Shown here: piece after piece, positions 1-12,634 of the stretch
Numbering within the stretch: position 1 is the first letter of the stretch
Layout of the letters: each line of letters begins with the position of its first letter
Source: Callorhinchus milii
Taxonomy: Eukaryota
Length of the DNA stretch: 64,000 bases
Direction: 5' to 3'
NCBI RefSeq assembly: GCF_018977255.1
Contig: NW_024704742.1
Location: 61,382,001-61,446,000 of the forward strand
Notes under the pieces: generated by a model
The model's input: the letters and a program-made list of their open reading frames with translations, nothing else
The model's database searches: none
Told to the model about the DNA's origin: nothing
Program-made: the position numbers and the translations under genes

Positions 1-122
1 GGAATGTTAGCCAGGACACAAGGAGAGAGAATCTCCCTTCTCTTTTAGAATAGTGCCATGGGATTTTAACATCCATCTGAACAGACAGATGGGACTTGGT
101 TTAACGTCTCATCTGAAGGATA
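1..122 (-). mobile_element. DeuSINE (SacSINE1/AmnSINE1-like) fragment, Deu domain
   Basis: The reverse complement contains GATGAGACGTTAAACC...ATCCCATGGCACTATT...GTGTCCTGGC and matches the fuller copy at 46750-47163. Confidence 0.8.
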
Positions 123-814
123 GATCTAATAATTAACTCAATACCTTTTATGTAAAAATAATTATTATCCTTGCACTTAATATAGAGTCTTTCACATTGT
201 AGGCCCAATAATAATAATGATTTCAAAACTTGAAAGAAGAACATTTATTGCTGTTTTTTTGGAGGTAAACTTGTAGTTCCTAATCCGTGTTAAAAAAACT
301 GAGATATATTTAAATACATAATGCATGGTAAACAATCTTCCAGATAAAAATTGGTCATTCACTAAATAAGTGCACAAATTGTCTGCAGCATTCTCCTATA
401 AATTCACTTGATTCTAAAATCATGCATGACCAGTGCATTGAGAAGCCTTGAAGACACGTTAAGGCATTACATCAAATGCAAAATGAAAGGATCATCATAA
501 TTATCATGAAACTGGTAATATAATTCTGTGAACCTATTCTGTTCCTGCATTTGTTTTCATGCTGAATATTTCTGCAGCAACCTCTGATGTACTCTAGACT
601 TTAAATTGATGCCTCCCAATAAGTTGGTGCCAGGAGCAATCCACAGGGATCGATTGCAGCTACACTGTTTTGTGCACATACATCAAGTCAAATTGCTAAC
701 ATTAAATCTTCACATGAACTTCTGAATTTGAGTCAATATTAATTGTATACATATTGATATTTTACATTGGTGCATCTCTAAATTTGTGAAAACAGGATAA
801 TGGAACTGGCATCT

Positions 815-935
815 CATATGACATGTTTAGCTACAAAATACAGTCACTACACTTTACAGTAAACCTGTCAAGTGCTTTGAGATGTCCTCTGCATGTCAAA
901 GGATTGATCTGGAATGCAAGGATTATCATTATCTC
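815..935 (+). mobile_element. DeuSINE 3' tail fragment
   Basis: ACAGTCACTACACTTTACAGT...GCTTTGAGATGTCC...AATGCAAGGATTATCATT. Confidence 0.7.
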
Positions 936-1020
936 AGCAATTTGCCATATTTTACTTCTAAGTAGCTGGAAGGGATTTGTGTCAAATTCTCTCCAGTTCA
1001 CCAAATGTAATAAATGTTAA

Positions 1021-1230
1021 ATCTGGCTCAGTTGATAGCACTCTCACTTCTGAATCAAAAGGATGTGGGTTCAACAACCATGTTGTGAATTTGAACCACA
1101 GACTCTGATGACACTCCAATACTGTGCTGGGTAAGTGCTGCATTGTTGAGATTGCCATCCTTCAGATAAGATGTTAAACTTGGGTCCTGTCTGCTTGATC
1201 AGGTGGATGTCAACAATCCCATTGTCCAAG
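1021..1230 (+). mobile_element. DeuSINE 5' half (tRNA-like head plus Deu domain)
   Basis: TGGCTCAGTTGATAGCACTCTCAC (A box), GGGTTCAAC (B box), GATGTTAAAC..GGTCCTGTCTGC. Confidence 0.75.
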
Positions 1231-1247
1231 CCAAAAGTCCAAATGTA

Positions 1248-1460
1248 GGAATTTGGAGTCCATCAGCTGGGAGCCAGGGAGCTTCGCAAGGATTGCGGTG
1301 ATGAGTGTGCAAAGTTTTATATAGGTGAGGATGTGGGCAATGAAGTTTTGGAATGAATTGGATCTAATGAGACCAGGGAGGAGTGCAGTAGAAAAGTCCA
1401 ACCAGGAGGACACTGTAAATGTTTTGGCAACATTTAACGAGAAATAGGGACAGAGGAAGG
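1248..1460 (-). mobile_element. Old L2 LINE ORF2 C-terminal fragment
   Basis: The translation FLCPYFSLNVAKT...WLDFSTALLPGL...HILTYIKLCTLITAILAKL aligns with the L2 copy at 24131-24673. Confidence 0.7.
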
Positions 1461-2164
1461 CATTAAAGGCATAAATTATTGTGCTACCATGGTGGCACAA
1501 TATTGAAATATGACATTGACATTTTCAGAAACCATGATGTATGTGAATTTAAATTGAAAATAAGATTCATAGCTTCGCCGTGGATTAGCAAGATGACTAA
1601 ATTAAGGCAAAGATTTGTGCTAAAAATTTTATTTTTCAAATTAACATTCGAATACAGCATAGGACTCTTAATAATGTCTACAAATGTCATTTTGGTTCCC
1701 TTCAGACATAAATCCACCACATAAGATATTGCCAACTATGAGTTTCAGCTACCCAAATATGTCAAGAATAGGAACATCAACATTTACAACAGAGTGCACT
1801 CTTGTGAGGTCAGAGATGATCCAGCAACAGCTAGAGTATAGCACAGCTAGAGCAAAATTAGCTCAGATTAGAATTCAGGAATTGAGTTTTCAGCATCGGG
1901 TTTAGAATTATAGTAGACACAATCTGCCGATATTCTATAAAGTGTGAATAAATATTCATTCTAGTTTGCGTTAAAAAAAAATTAACAAATGTTGAAGCCA
2001 GTACAAAGGATTTATGCTGTCAATAAATTGAGTCAATATGATTTCCAGTTCAACCAAAGTGAGCACAATTGATTTTCAAGCAAGAGCAGCAGGCTCAATA
2101 ATAAACCCAATGAAACTTTTTGCTTTTTGACTTTCTCAACGTGGATATATTTCTCTAATGCATG

Positions 2165-2290
2165 TTCATGTGTGTTGCCTACAAAGTACTGTACACAGTC
2201 ACCATACTTTACAGTATATCCTGCGAAACGCTTTGAGACATCCTCCCAATGTGAAAGGCGCTATATCAATTGCAATGATTACTATTATGT
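2165..2290 (+). mobile_element. DeuSINE 3' tail fragment
   Basis: CGCTTTGAGACATCCTCCCAATGTGAAAGGCGCTATATCAATTGCAATGATTACTATT. Confidence 0.75.
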
Positions 2291-2793
2291 ACTACAGAGC
2301 ATTGTCATTGCCATAAAACCAAAATACATTTTGATTTTAAATCTCATTTGTAATTTACATTATCCATTTGCCTAAAATATAATTCCCCTTTTTGTGCAAT
2401 TTTTTAAGCAATTTTTTTAATGTAATATTTTATTTTGGAGTGGTAAAAATAGCAAAAGGTCCAGCACAGGACTTCATACTTCACTGCTCCTTGATAAAGC
2501 CTGGGTATTTTTGATCCATTTTGATCTCTCACAAAAGCTATTGACTGTCCAGCTCCTTCTGTGCCATTGAATCAATGCACCCTGCAATGATGTAAAATGT
2601 CACCAAAAAATTCTGACAATTCAAGACCGTTATAACCAATGGATTGTTGTAATCTGCCAAATTAATAGTCTCTTCTAACAATTCCAGTAGATTTTTGATG
2701 CATATTCTATGATGCCAAAACCCTGCTGATCATGACATCTATAAATAGCAATCTTTGCATTCGATATAGCACGTGATCATGTTGTTGAGTTGC

Positions 2794-3265
2794 TCAAAAC
2801 AGCAGTGGTCCCAATACTGATCCCCGTGGGACACCACTGCGCACTTTCCTCCAGTCAGAAAAACAACCGTTCATCACTACCCTCTGCTTTCTGTGTTTCA
2901 GCCGGTTCTGTATCCATGCTATCACTGTCCCTTTTATACCGTGGGCTTCTATTTTGCTTACAAGTCTCTTATGTGACACTTTATCAAACACCTTTTGAAA
3001 ATCCATATAAACTACATCAACTGCACTATCTTCATCCACCCTCTCCATTATTTCATCAAAAAATTCTATCAGGTTTGCTAGACACGATTTGTCTTTAACA
3101 AATCCGTGTTGGCTGTCCTTTATTAATCCATATTCTTCTATGTGAAATTTTATTTTGTCCCGGATTATAGTATCTAGAAGTTTCTCCACTACTGACATTA
3201 GGCTGACTGGTCTGTAGTTCCCAGGTTTATCCTTCTGTCCCCTTTTGTACAGGAGAGTAACATTT
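2794..3265 (-). mobile_element. CR1 LINE ORF2 reverse-transcriptase fragment (pseudogenic)
   Basis: Motifs SQHGFVKDKSCLANLIEFFD, VDVVYMDFQKVFDKVSH and SGVPRGSVLGPLLF. Upstream sequence encodes a GNYRPVSL-like motif. Truncated before the YADD box. Confidence 0.93.
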
Positions 3266-3304
3266 GGTCCTCTATCCCATTGCTTAAGTAAACACTAATG
3301 ATCC

Positions 3305-3460
3305 TGTTGAACAGTCCTCAAGATAAATTGATCATTCATTTCATTGTTGTTTGTGGACTTTACTGCATCCAAATACTTGGCCACAACTACCTGAGAAGAA
3401 CTTTGAAACGTTTTGACTTTACAAGTGGGCACATATCAAATGCGAGGATTTTATTATTAG
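3305..3460 (+). mobile_element. Degraded DeuSINE 3' part
   Basis: TGTTTGTGGAC...ATATCAAATGCGAGGATTTTATTATT. Confidence 0.6.
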
Positions 3461-5044
3461 AAATGAGATTAATTTTCACTCATCAGACATGTGAAACATG
3501 TGAGAAAGGTGTAAATGAAGAACTCCGAAAGAGTATGATTGTGTAGGAGGAAGAGGCCAGTGTAAAATAAGTCAACCTAACTTCAGTGTTTGATGGTACA
3601 CAAAACACATCTCAAATTGACTGACAACTAACAGCAAGACGAAACATGCTGGTCTTGAGGAAGAGAGCTGGATGGTGGCTGTAGTTAACAAGGATGAAAA
3701 GAGCATTTTTTAACATTTTTAAAAGACAGCCTAGTATTCCAAGCAGCCTTGTCCATGGTGGTTACATTTCTGAAAGGCATAGTTAATGCAGATGTAAACA
3801 AGTTACCTCATTTAAATTGCGATCATAAAACTAAAGGTCACCAGTGCCTGTACAGGATTGATGTATTCAAACAAGACTGCAAAACAGAAGCATTTTATTT
3901 TCTGTGTAGCAATCAATGATAACTGCTGCTACCCCCTGCCCCTCCCCACCGCCCCACCTCCATGGATAAATAGTTCACTAAAGCGCATTGTACTTCAGGA
4001 CCAATAAGTAATGTAAATTCATAATCAGGGTCAGATTCAAAAATAGATTCAGCAATGATCCTTAACTGTTCAAAGACGAGCCTAGATATATACCCCAGTT
4101 ATGTGTGAAATTGAATATTTAGATAATAAATAGGAGCCTATTGACAAATTGATAAGTACATTTGTTTAACACTATGAGCGAACGAGATCATAGAAGCAAT
4201 TCCTCTATTCAGTGTTTAACAATGCATACCTTAATATTAGACTAAATGTTAATGTTCATCTAATGTACTGGAGGATTACAAGATTACATAGGAGATCTGG
4301 GCTATGAATGTCCCTTCTCCAAATTTATCTTGGAATATCCCTTCCACTAAACCAATGCATAAACCTCTATGGCCCAATAGTTAGGGGCGAGTATTAAAAT
4401 GTATATTTATCTAAGTCCATTTTTTACTTTTTCATTGTTAGTTTTAGTTTCAAAACTGCTTAAAATGCTCAAATTGCAAAGTACATTAAGATGCACATTC
4501 ACAGCTTCCATCAACTCGTGTGTCAAGTTGTTACAGGTTAAAAATGGTGTGTTGCAACGGCTTGTTTTCACTGAAGGAATTAGTGCTTGTTCTACTTTGC
4601 TTCCTCCTTGAAGATAACTGTATTTGCTTTGCTTAGAAGCTTCTATCACGTAATCCTTGTTCACACTGAGCTATCTGTTTGCTTCAGCTGGTACTCTAAA
4701 CAATCACTCAGTTACCTTCTCTTTGCAGAAACGTTTGCAGCAATATGAACTACTTAAGAACTAAACTAATGTAAAATTATAGAACAGATTGAAAAAATGG
4801 TAAGCCATTGAGCAGACCAATATTTGAATGAAATAAATGCGATTTTTTTGCACAAAATCTAAAAATTGTCCTTTATCTTAAAAACTAGCGTTCAACTGAA
4901 AAGCATCAAATGTACACCATGACATTGCATCAGTGCGAATATGCACATAGAGGCCGTGAAGAAAGCAAATCAAATTATATGCTTGAATTACAAACGTCCC
5001 ATCTTTAAGCAGAGTTAAGAACATGAGTACACAAATGTAAGTGC

Positions 5045-6524
5045 ACCCATTTCTCCCTCTCAACCACAATCAACCAGTTGAAGTTCACCACCTGCTACCT
5101 TGACCCCCTCCCCACCCAGCTGCTGGTCACTCAACTCCCCCTTCTCTCCCCGCTGCTGGCCGACACAGTCAACCAGTCTCTCTCCTCAGGCTCTGTTCCA
5201 CTCCCCCTGAAAACCGCTGTTATCATACCCCTCCTCAAAAAACCCACCCTCGATCCCTCTAATCTCTCACACTATAATCCTATCTCCAACCTACCCTTCC
5301 TTGCCAATATCCTGGAACACATTGTTGCAGGTCAACTTCGGTCACACCTCTCCCTACATACCCTCCCTGACCTCCTGCAGTCTGGTTTTTGCCCTGCCCA
5401 CAGCACAGAGACAGCGCTTGTCAAAGTCACAAACAACATTCTCTCTATCTGTGACCAGGGCTCCATCTGCCTCCTCCTCCCGGTCAGCTGTGGGGTATCC
5501 CAGGGCTCCGTCATTGGGCCCCTTCTTTTCCTTATCTATATGCTCCCTCTGGGTGATGTCATCTGCAGACACAGGGTAAACTTCCACGTGTATGCAGATG
5601 ACACACAAATTTACTTTACCTCCTCCAGTACCAACTCCAGGGCCACCGATGGTCTATCAGCTTGTCTGGCAGACACCAGGGCCTGGATGAATGTAAACTT
5701 CCTGCAGCTGAAAATGGACAAGATGGAAGCCACACTCCTTGACTCTTGTCAATGTCTTCACTCCTGCGGATCTATTCTCCTCAACCTCTCTGGGCTCTCC
5801 CTCAGGTTCACCGAACCAGTGTGCAATCTGGGTGTCTGGTTCAATCCCCAGCTTTCCTTCTTCCCCCACATCCGTTTTCTGTCCAGGACTGCTTTCTTCC
5901 ACCTCGGCTACATTGTCCGCCTCCAACTGTACCTTACCCTAAATGCAGCCGAAACTCTCGTGCATGCGTTTCTCTCCTCCCACTTGAATTTCTCCAGTGG
6001 ACTCCTCCCTCGCCCCTCTCCCCAGCTCCACCATTCAAAAGATCCAGTTTATTCAAAACTCTGTTGTACGCATACTGACTGGGACCAAACTCCATACCCA
6101 CATCTCACCAGTTCTGGCCAGGCTTCACTGGCTCCCCATCACCGAACGGATCAACTTCAAGATCCTCCCAATCGTTTTCAAATTCATTCACTCCCTGGCA
6201 CCTCCCTACCTCTCTGACCTCCTCACTCCACAATCCACAACCCGACATCTCCTCTCAACTGGCACCGGCCTCCTGCTTGTCCCTCGCACCGTCCGCCCCA
6301 CCATCGGAGGTACGCTTTCAGCTACTTTGTCCCAAAACTCTCGCTTAATCCCTCCATCTTGCCCCCTTTCTCCCCTCTTTCTAGTCCCGCCTGAAAACTT
6401 TCCTCTTTGATCATAGTAACGGCCACCTCCCCCCGGCTCGGAGTCAGGCTCTGTCCCTGTTAAGCGCTCTGAGACGCTACCCTGCATGGCAGGGGCGCTA
6501 TATGAATGAAAGTTATTGTTGTTG
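5045..6524 (+). mobile_element. L2 LINE (subfamily A), 5'-truncated RT plus 3' UTR, with internal deletion
   Basis: Motifs LDPLPT, YNPISNLPFL, QSGFCPAHSTETAL, GVSQGSVIGPLLF, YADDTQIY and LHWLPITERINFKI, with a frameshift. The LDLSAAFD segment is deleted near 5480. Ends GGCGCTATATGAATGAAAGTTATTGTTGTTG. Confidence 0.95.
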
Positions 6525-6690
6525 TAAGTGGTCTTAGTTATGCCAAGAAACTTAGATTCAAGAGGCCTCTAGTTCTAGAGTGCTTTCTGCAATGATGGTT
6601 ACTGAAACTATCACAACAGTCAACATTAGGTACACCGGTAACCTGACTGCATATTTTCTGTTCATGAAATATAATTTGCAACAATGTTAT

Positions 6691-7742
6691 ACAACAACAA
6701 CAACAAAATTACACTTGTAGAGCACCTTTCACGTCAGGAGGACATCCCAAAGCGCTGAACAGTCAGGTGTCGGGGCCTGAGCATGGGGTGGGGTGGTGTA
6801 GGGGTAAGAGAAGGCAAAGAGGTGGAAAGGAGTGGAGTCCTCTAGCTCAGTGGTTAGAGCACTCGCTTTGCAAGCGAGAGACCTGAGTTCAATTCCAGGC
6901 AGGGCGAAACCTTGGGCAAGTTTCCTTACTCCACACGTCTAATAATAATCCCTCCAAAACCAAAAACTTGGTCATTTTCAATCTACGACTGTTTGTGGGA
7001 CATTGCTGTGCGCAATTGGCTGCCGCGTTCGCCCACAAATATACAGTCAATTCACTTTTCAGTGTCTTTTGTGAAGCGCTTTGGGACGTCCTCCCGACGT
7101 GAAATGCGCGAAATCAAATGCAAGGATTATTATTATTAAAGGAGACCAAAGGCACGGTCGAAGAGAAGAGTCTTGAGACCGGTCTTGAAGGAGGCAAGGG
7201 AGGAAGTGAGGCAAAGGGTTCGTAGGATGGAGTTCCAGAGTGTGGGGCAGAGAGGCTGAAAGCCCGGCCATTGATGGTAGGGCGGGTCGGGCGGGAGACA
7301 TGGAGCAGACCGGAGCCCAATGAACGGAGGGAGTGAGCAGGTTGGTAGGGAGTCAACAGATCAGAGAGGTAGGAGGGGGCAAGTCCATGGGTGGCCTTAA
7401 AGGTGAAGACGAGGATCTTGAACTCGATCCTCTGGGGGATGGGAAGCCAATGGGGTTGGGCGGGGGTGGGAGTGATGGGATTGCGGAGCCTGGTGCGTGA
7501 GAGTACACGAGCTGCAGAGTTTTGGATGATCTACAGCGTGTGAAGGGAAGAGTTGGGAAGGCCGATGAGGAGGGAGTTCCCGTAATCAAGCCTTGGGGTG
7601 ACGAATGCATGGGTAAAGGTTTCGGCAGCCTGAGGGGTGAGGCAGTGGCAGAGTCTGGCAATGTTGCGGAGGTGGTGGTAGGCAGTGCCGGTCATGGCGC
7701 GGATATGGGGGAGAAAGGACATTTCAGGGTCAAACAGGATCA
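6691..7742 (-). mobile_element. L2 LINE (subfamily B) 3' portion, interrupted by a SINE at 6833-7137
   Basis: (CAA)n tail at 6691. The reverse strand encodes FDPEMSFLPHI...HLRNIARL...RLDYGNSLLIGLP and RSLGSGLLHV..RPTINGRAFS. Confidence 0.93.
6833..7137 (+). mobile_element. tRNA-Ala-headed SINE, short (young) form, full length
   Basis: A box TAGCTCAGTGG, anticodon-like arm CTCGC-TTTGCAA-GCGAG, B box GAGTTCAATTCC, (ATT)n tail. TSD AAAGGAG at 6826-6832 and 7138-7144. Confidence 0.95.
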
Positions 7743-7904
7743 CAATCTGTTTGCAGTTGCTTGTAACCAAAAATTATAAGATGATTCATAGTACTTGTAC
7801 TGTACATAAATTTTAGGGGTTAAAACAGCAAAGCCTCAAATTCCAAGCTAGTGCTGTAAAAGGATCAAGAATGTTAGAACTAGCTCTTGTATTAACACAA
7901 TAAG

Positions 7905-8105
7905 AACAATTACAACTTGCATTTATATACTGTAGCACCTTTCATGTAGAGTAACATTTCAAAGCACTTTAACAAGATTGTGCAGGACACAAAGTAGGGA
8001 GGGTGGGGAAGGAGGGAGATGGCTAGCAGCACGGTCAAAGAGGTAGGTCTGCATGAGACTTTTAAAAACAGAAAAAGAGAGGGCAAGACAGAAAGAGTTC
8101 TAGAA
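7905..8105 (-). mobile_element. L2 3' end fragment
   Basis: ACAACTTGCATTTATATACTGTAGCACCTTTCA...CACGGTCAAAGAGGTAGGTCT (reverse of the KT.LFD terminus and tail). Confidence 0.7.
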
Positions 8106-9029
8106 GATAGGGGCATCAAATGAGGGATCAGATAGCTTCATTCAAAAATGTGTTTACAGTATTGGAGAGTGGGTTATCTTAGACTGGAAAGAATATGATA
8201 CATTGAATATTTATGTCTTAAGTGTACTACCAGAAATTAAACTGAATGTCTGATAATGCCTAGGCTAATTAGACAGTAGTGGGGATGTATCTTGAAGTCA
8301 AGGGAACACAAATCTCTAAGGTTTAAAATGATGGTGTTGATGGCCTGTTTTGGCCAAACTGGCTCTTCAATTTTGCTTCAATTCAAGCAAATTGTAGGAT
8401 TTCTCCATCCAACTCAGTGCTAGACTCAAAGAACAGGACCTAATATGTTTATTTGTTTTCAACTTCCAGTTTGTCAAACCTTTGCTTGCCAGGCCCTTTT
8501 ACTCAGCCTTTGCTGGCTTGCCATCCAATATTTCAAAAAACATGCAAAAGTGCAGTACGTTTGTGGAACTCTGAATCTGGTTTGGATTTTCTTAAGCATA
8601 AAGTTGGGGTTTCGCCATGTGTCAGACACCTAGCTGACCAAAGAAAAAAAACCTTGCCAATTGACCATTCTTTATGTGTGTGTGTGTGCCTAGACAGTGA
8701 ATATTTGCAGGTATTCAACTATAGGGGGCACGACACCCGAACTATACCTTGTGCTAAAAGTAAATGAAAGGTATTACTATAAATTCTCTGCCCAGCCACT
8801 AACATGCAATTTATAACATATATGCTCATGATATAAGCCACATATTGGTACATGTTGAAATTTGACCTCATAAATCAATTTAAAAAATAGAAATTATACC
8901 TGTGTTTTACTCAAAATGCTTTTCACGTAAAACTTTCAGTGTAAATAAAAAGAAATTGAGCTATCTTTTTACGTTTGATTTTGCTATAAATATATTGAAC
9001 TGTTATTATTTGCTCAACATATTTAGAAT

Positions 9030-9140
9030 AATATAATAATCCTTACATTTGGTGTAGCACTTTTCACAACAGTAGGATGTCTCAAAATGCTTCACAGGGT
9101 ATACTGTAAAGTGAAATGATTGCGTACTTGTTGGTGAATT
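9030..9140 (-). mobile_element. SINE 3' tail fragment
   Basis: ATAATAATCCTTACATTTGG...GATGTCTCAAAATGCTTCACAG..ACTGTAAAGTG. Confidence 0.7.
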
Positions 9141-10029
9141 ATACCCCTCTATACCTTTCTTAATCACAGTTTGTCTTTCCTAACAGAGGCTACTCATGAC
9201 TAAAAGCATTTGTAATATGAAGTAAGTGCTTCTGCCTAATACTAACCCAAGTTAAAAAAGGTTTGAACATATCTTCACAGCAAATTGAAAAGAGAATCAT
9301 CCTTAAGTACAAGACTTGGCAAGGAGACAAATGTGAATGTCGAAGAGTTGAGATTGATAAATTGATGTCTCCAGAAACAGCAATATATCACTTTTGTTCC
9401 ACATTTTAAGTCAAACCATAAAGCATATTTGCCCTGTTCCACAATATGAACAATGAAATATTTATTTTAGTACTGTAATGGCACCTGACTTGCATTCATG
9501 TGCCAAAACACATTTTATTTCAGTCACTCGTTGTGGCTGATAAGTCAGTATACATGAAAACTATTAATGAGATACCTGCACATTGAAGCATGAACTGTAC
9601 TTAGCGTGGGCGTTGTGTTTGAGATGAATAAACACATGGGTATTTTTCTCAGCAAGCCACTTGCAAATTGTGCCAAAAATACTGTGTTTGTAAATGGCAG
9701 ACTCCCATTCCTTTGCTGGATGCCAGAGGAAAAAATTATCAGCAGCTGATGATTGATGAACTGAAATCTTAAAAGCCACAGCACTCAGAATAATCACACC
9801 AGAAATTACCTGTGACCAAACATTGGGGTCTGAAATTTTATATTTGCAGAAGGATTTGTAACAACAACCCCTCTGGAACTCCGCTTGATGCTGATCTTAG
9901 TTTGGATTTCTGTGAAATCGACATCCAAGTGGAGTTCTTTCACAACAGTGGCTGTGACCCGTCCATGAGTCACATTACAATTTACTTTGCAAATTTCATA
10001 CCTTAGGTCCCCAACATTTAGCCATAGAT

Positions 10030-10162
10030 ATTTCCAGCACACAGAAGACTTGGTCTATGTCCTCCAGAACTGTATTTGTGTGTCAGCCTAGACTATGTGA
10101 GTTCAACGTTCTGATACGGTACATGAACTCACAACCTTCTGACTCAGAGACAAGAGAGCTAC
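10030..10162 (-). mobile_element. DeuSINE 5' head fragment
   Basis: GTGTCAGCCTAGA...ACAACCTTCTGACTCAGAG..AGAGCTACCAACTGAATCAGGCTGACA. Confidence 0.75.
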
Positions 10163-10739
10163 CAACTGAATCAGGCTGACACATAAGAAACATGAAATGG
10201 CACTACCTCCCTTCCTAAGTCATCTTCTCTCAAATGCATGCAACTCCAATGGTTTCTGCCACTCGCATCTGGCTGGCCGACAATTGTGTCAATGCATTCA
10301 GGTCAAATCCATGGACCAGTCAATCAATATTAATTGTTCTTGACTGCAATTGTGAAAAATGTGATAATTAACATCAATGGTAATGTTTAGATCACACCTC
10401 ACTCCGCTGTTGTGAATGTTGCATGGAATAGCTAAAAATGATGGTTCCATGATGCTAACATAATTAACGTATGAATTGCACTCCTGTAGAAAATGAATAA
10501 GTGTCCACTACTATTTATAAATATTATGCAGCAAAGATGTTTGGTAAAAGTGCTGCAATTGAAGTTAATTGTTAAGCTATCAGTTTTCAACATATCAACT
10601 GATATAAGAATGCAAGGTCACTTCGCTTAGCTTAAGTGCACCCACCACACATAATCATTTTGTTTGTAGCATTTTGATGGATGATATGCTGTTTTATGAT
10701 TTCATCTGTTTGCATTTGGTGAGTAATATCTAATAACTT

Positions 10740-10965
10740 CACCTATAAATGCACAGTGACACTTTACAGGAAATACTACGAGCACGTTAAGACATCCTCC
10801 CGATGTGAAAGGCACTATATTAAATGCAAGGATTATTATCATTAACACTATTAACTTTGCTTACAAAGCACAATCACTACACTTTACAGTAGAAATCCAG
10901 TGAAATGCTTTGAAATATCCTCACAACATTTATAAAGGAGCTATATCAAATGCAAGGAATATATG
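10740..10965 (+). mobile_element. Two adjacent DeuSINE 3' tail fragments
   Basis: Two successive CACTTTACAG...GACATCCTC...AAATGCAAGGA units. Confidence 0.7.
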
Positions 10966-11964
10966 CTATTTTCAACTAATACAGGGGTTAATACAGTACA
11001 CACATTCAGTTTCTGCACAGTTTTAAACAAGTTTTTTAAAAAATCTCCCTGTGAATGAGATGAGCAGCACTGGGCTCAGAGCAACCTGTAAAAGTGGATT
11101 TATTCCAGAATGGAAGTGCTTGGGGGCTCGGTTGTGCTTGTACAACCTTCACTCCCGAATAAATTAAAGAACAAAATCACGAATGACATGTCTTCAGCCT
11201 TTTGATGTCGTTGGTCTAACTCATCCCTGAGCATGTTGTAGCTAGAGTTTGCAACGGAAATAAAAGAGAATTACAGTCTGCCTCAGGGGCATCATTAGAA
11301 GGGGGCTGTCAACACAGCACACATCTTTTGTATCACCAATCACCGGGAGCAGAATCTGCACTAACCAGAGGCTCATAGTCTCACCACTTACATTCATTGA
11401 TAGATCCAATCACCCCACAATATCTGCACAGTATATCACCAGCAATTACCCATATTCATTTAGAAAAATCCCTTACCAACTACAAGTTAATAAACTCTGC
11501 TGACTACTTTACCACATAAATGTGTCAATATACATGTGAAATTTACACTACATCAATGACCTCATTCCCTCAAATGTTGTTTGCCGCTGTACTTGTGCAC
11601 AACTGCAGATCTGTCATTATGTTGCTATTTTTAATTAACTTTCAATGATATTTTATAACATTTTCATAATCTCTTTCTACATGTCTAACTCGACTATTTT
11701 GCTAAAGTAATTTTCAGTTAAAATTAAATCTATAAATCCTTGCAATAAAGATTATATTAGTGAATGGTAGTAAATTCTTCTTTTTCAATGTAAAATTCAA
11801 GAAGCCATGAATGTTGTTTCCATTCCTTCTAGGATACGAAGGTTTCAGCCGTTTATATGAATTTGGCCTTCAGAATAAGAAGCTACTGGATAGAAATTCC
11901 ACCTGTATCTGAATTTACTTTATTCACCTAATATTTCGGATTGTGTAGGAATTGGAACATGAAT

Positions 11965-12030
11965 CAACAACAGCAACAAAATTACATTTGTGAAGTGCAT
12001 TTCACGTCGGGAGGATGTCCCAAAGTGTTG
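11965..12030 (-). mobile_element. Very short L2 3' terminal insertion
   Basis: CAACAACAGCAACAAAATTACATTTG...TTCACGTCGGGAGGATGTCCCAAAGTG. Confidence 0.75.
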
Positions 12031-12634
12031 AGTTTCAACTTTGAATTCCGCAATTTATAGTTGTTAAAGTAACTTACAGAAAACTGGATTAAAAATGAAA
12101 GACAGTAATTAAGAATTTAACACATTCTGGATGCTCTAAAATGCTATGTTGATTGGAGTAAATCTGGAGCCAGGTGGAACCACGGTTTGCTCCCACCTTG
12201 AGGACAGTGGAACATAACCATTACTTCTGAGTGGCCTCTGGGAATTACAACAGATTCACTCATTCATGGTTCTACTTTAGACATGATAAACATGTTTCAT
12301 CTATGAAAATGTTAGTAAAGGTGGAGCATGTAGAAAATAGTTAAAATACATAAATTTGCAGAAGAGAGAAAGGAGGGGAAAGATAATGGCAGAAAGTATA
12401 CAGATAAAGTATTTAAAATAATTTGTTTTGAGTTGCAAGTATTTTTGCATTACTTTAGTATATTACATTAATATCACAGTAACAAATCTAGAGAGATAGT
12501 CAGCAGCTTTTTTACCGTAATGTTGGTACTTTTTCAACCTGAACTGAAAATTTACCGAATTACTCGACTCAAAGTGGCTAAAGTATTGTAGACCAAGTGG
12601 CAAAACCAGGATTAAATCAGCATTTTAATAATAA

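Noticed and set aside
4399..4664. Bidirectional short ORFs in unique sequence
   Set aside because: No homology or motif recognised; consistent with chance.
5078..6217. 379-aa ORF with YADD as a functional reverse transcriptase or novel RT system
   Set aside because: It is a 5'-truncated L2 fragment lacking the endonuclease and the first catalytic Asp motif, with a frameshifted C-terminus.
6834..6910. tRNA-Ala(TGC)-like cloverleaf (also near 22940, 27690, 38772 and 61746)
   Set aside because: Each is the head of a SINE followed by a conserved body and tail. The T-stem is imperfect and there is no oligo-T terminator, so these are not tRNA genes.
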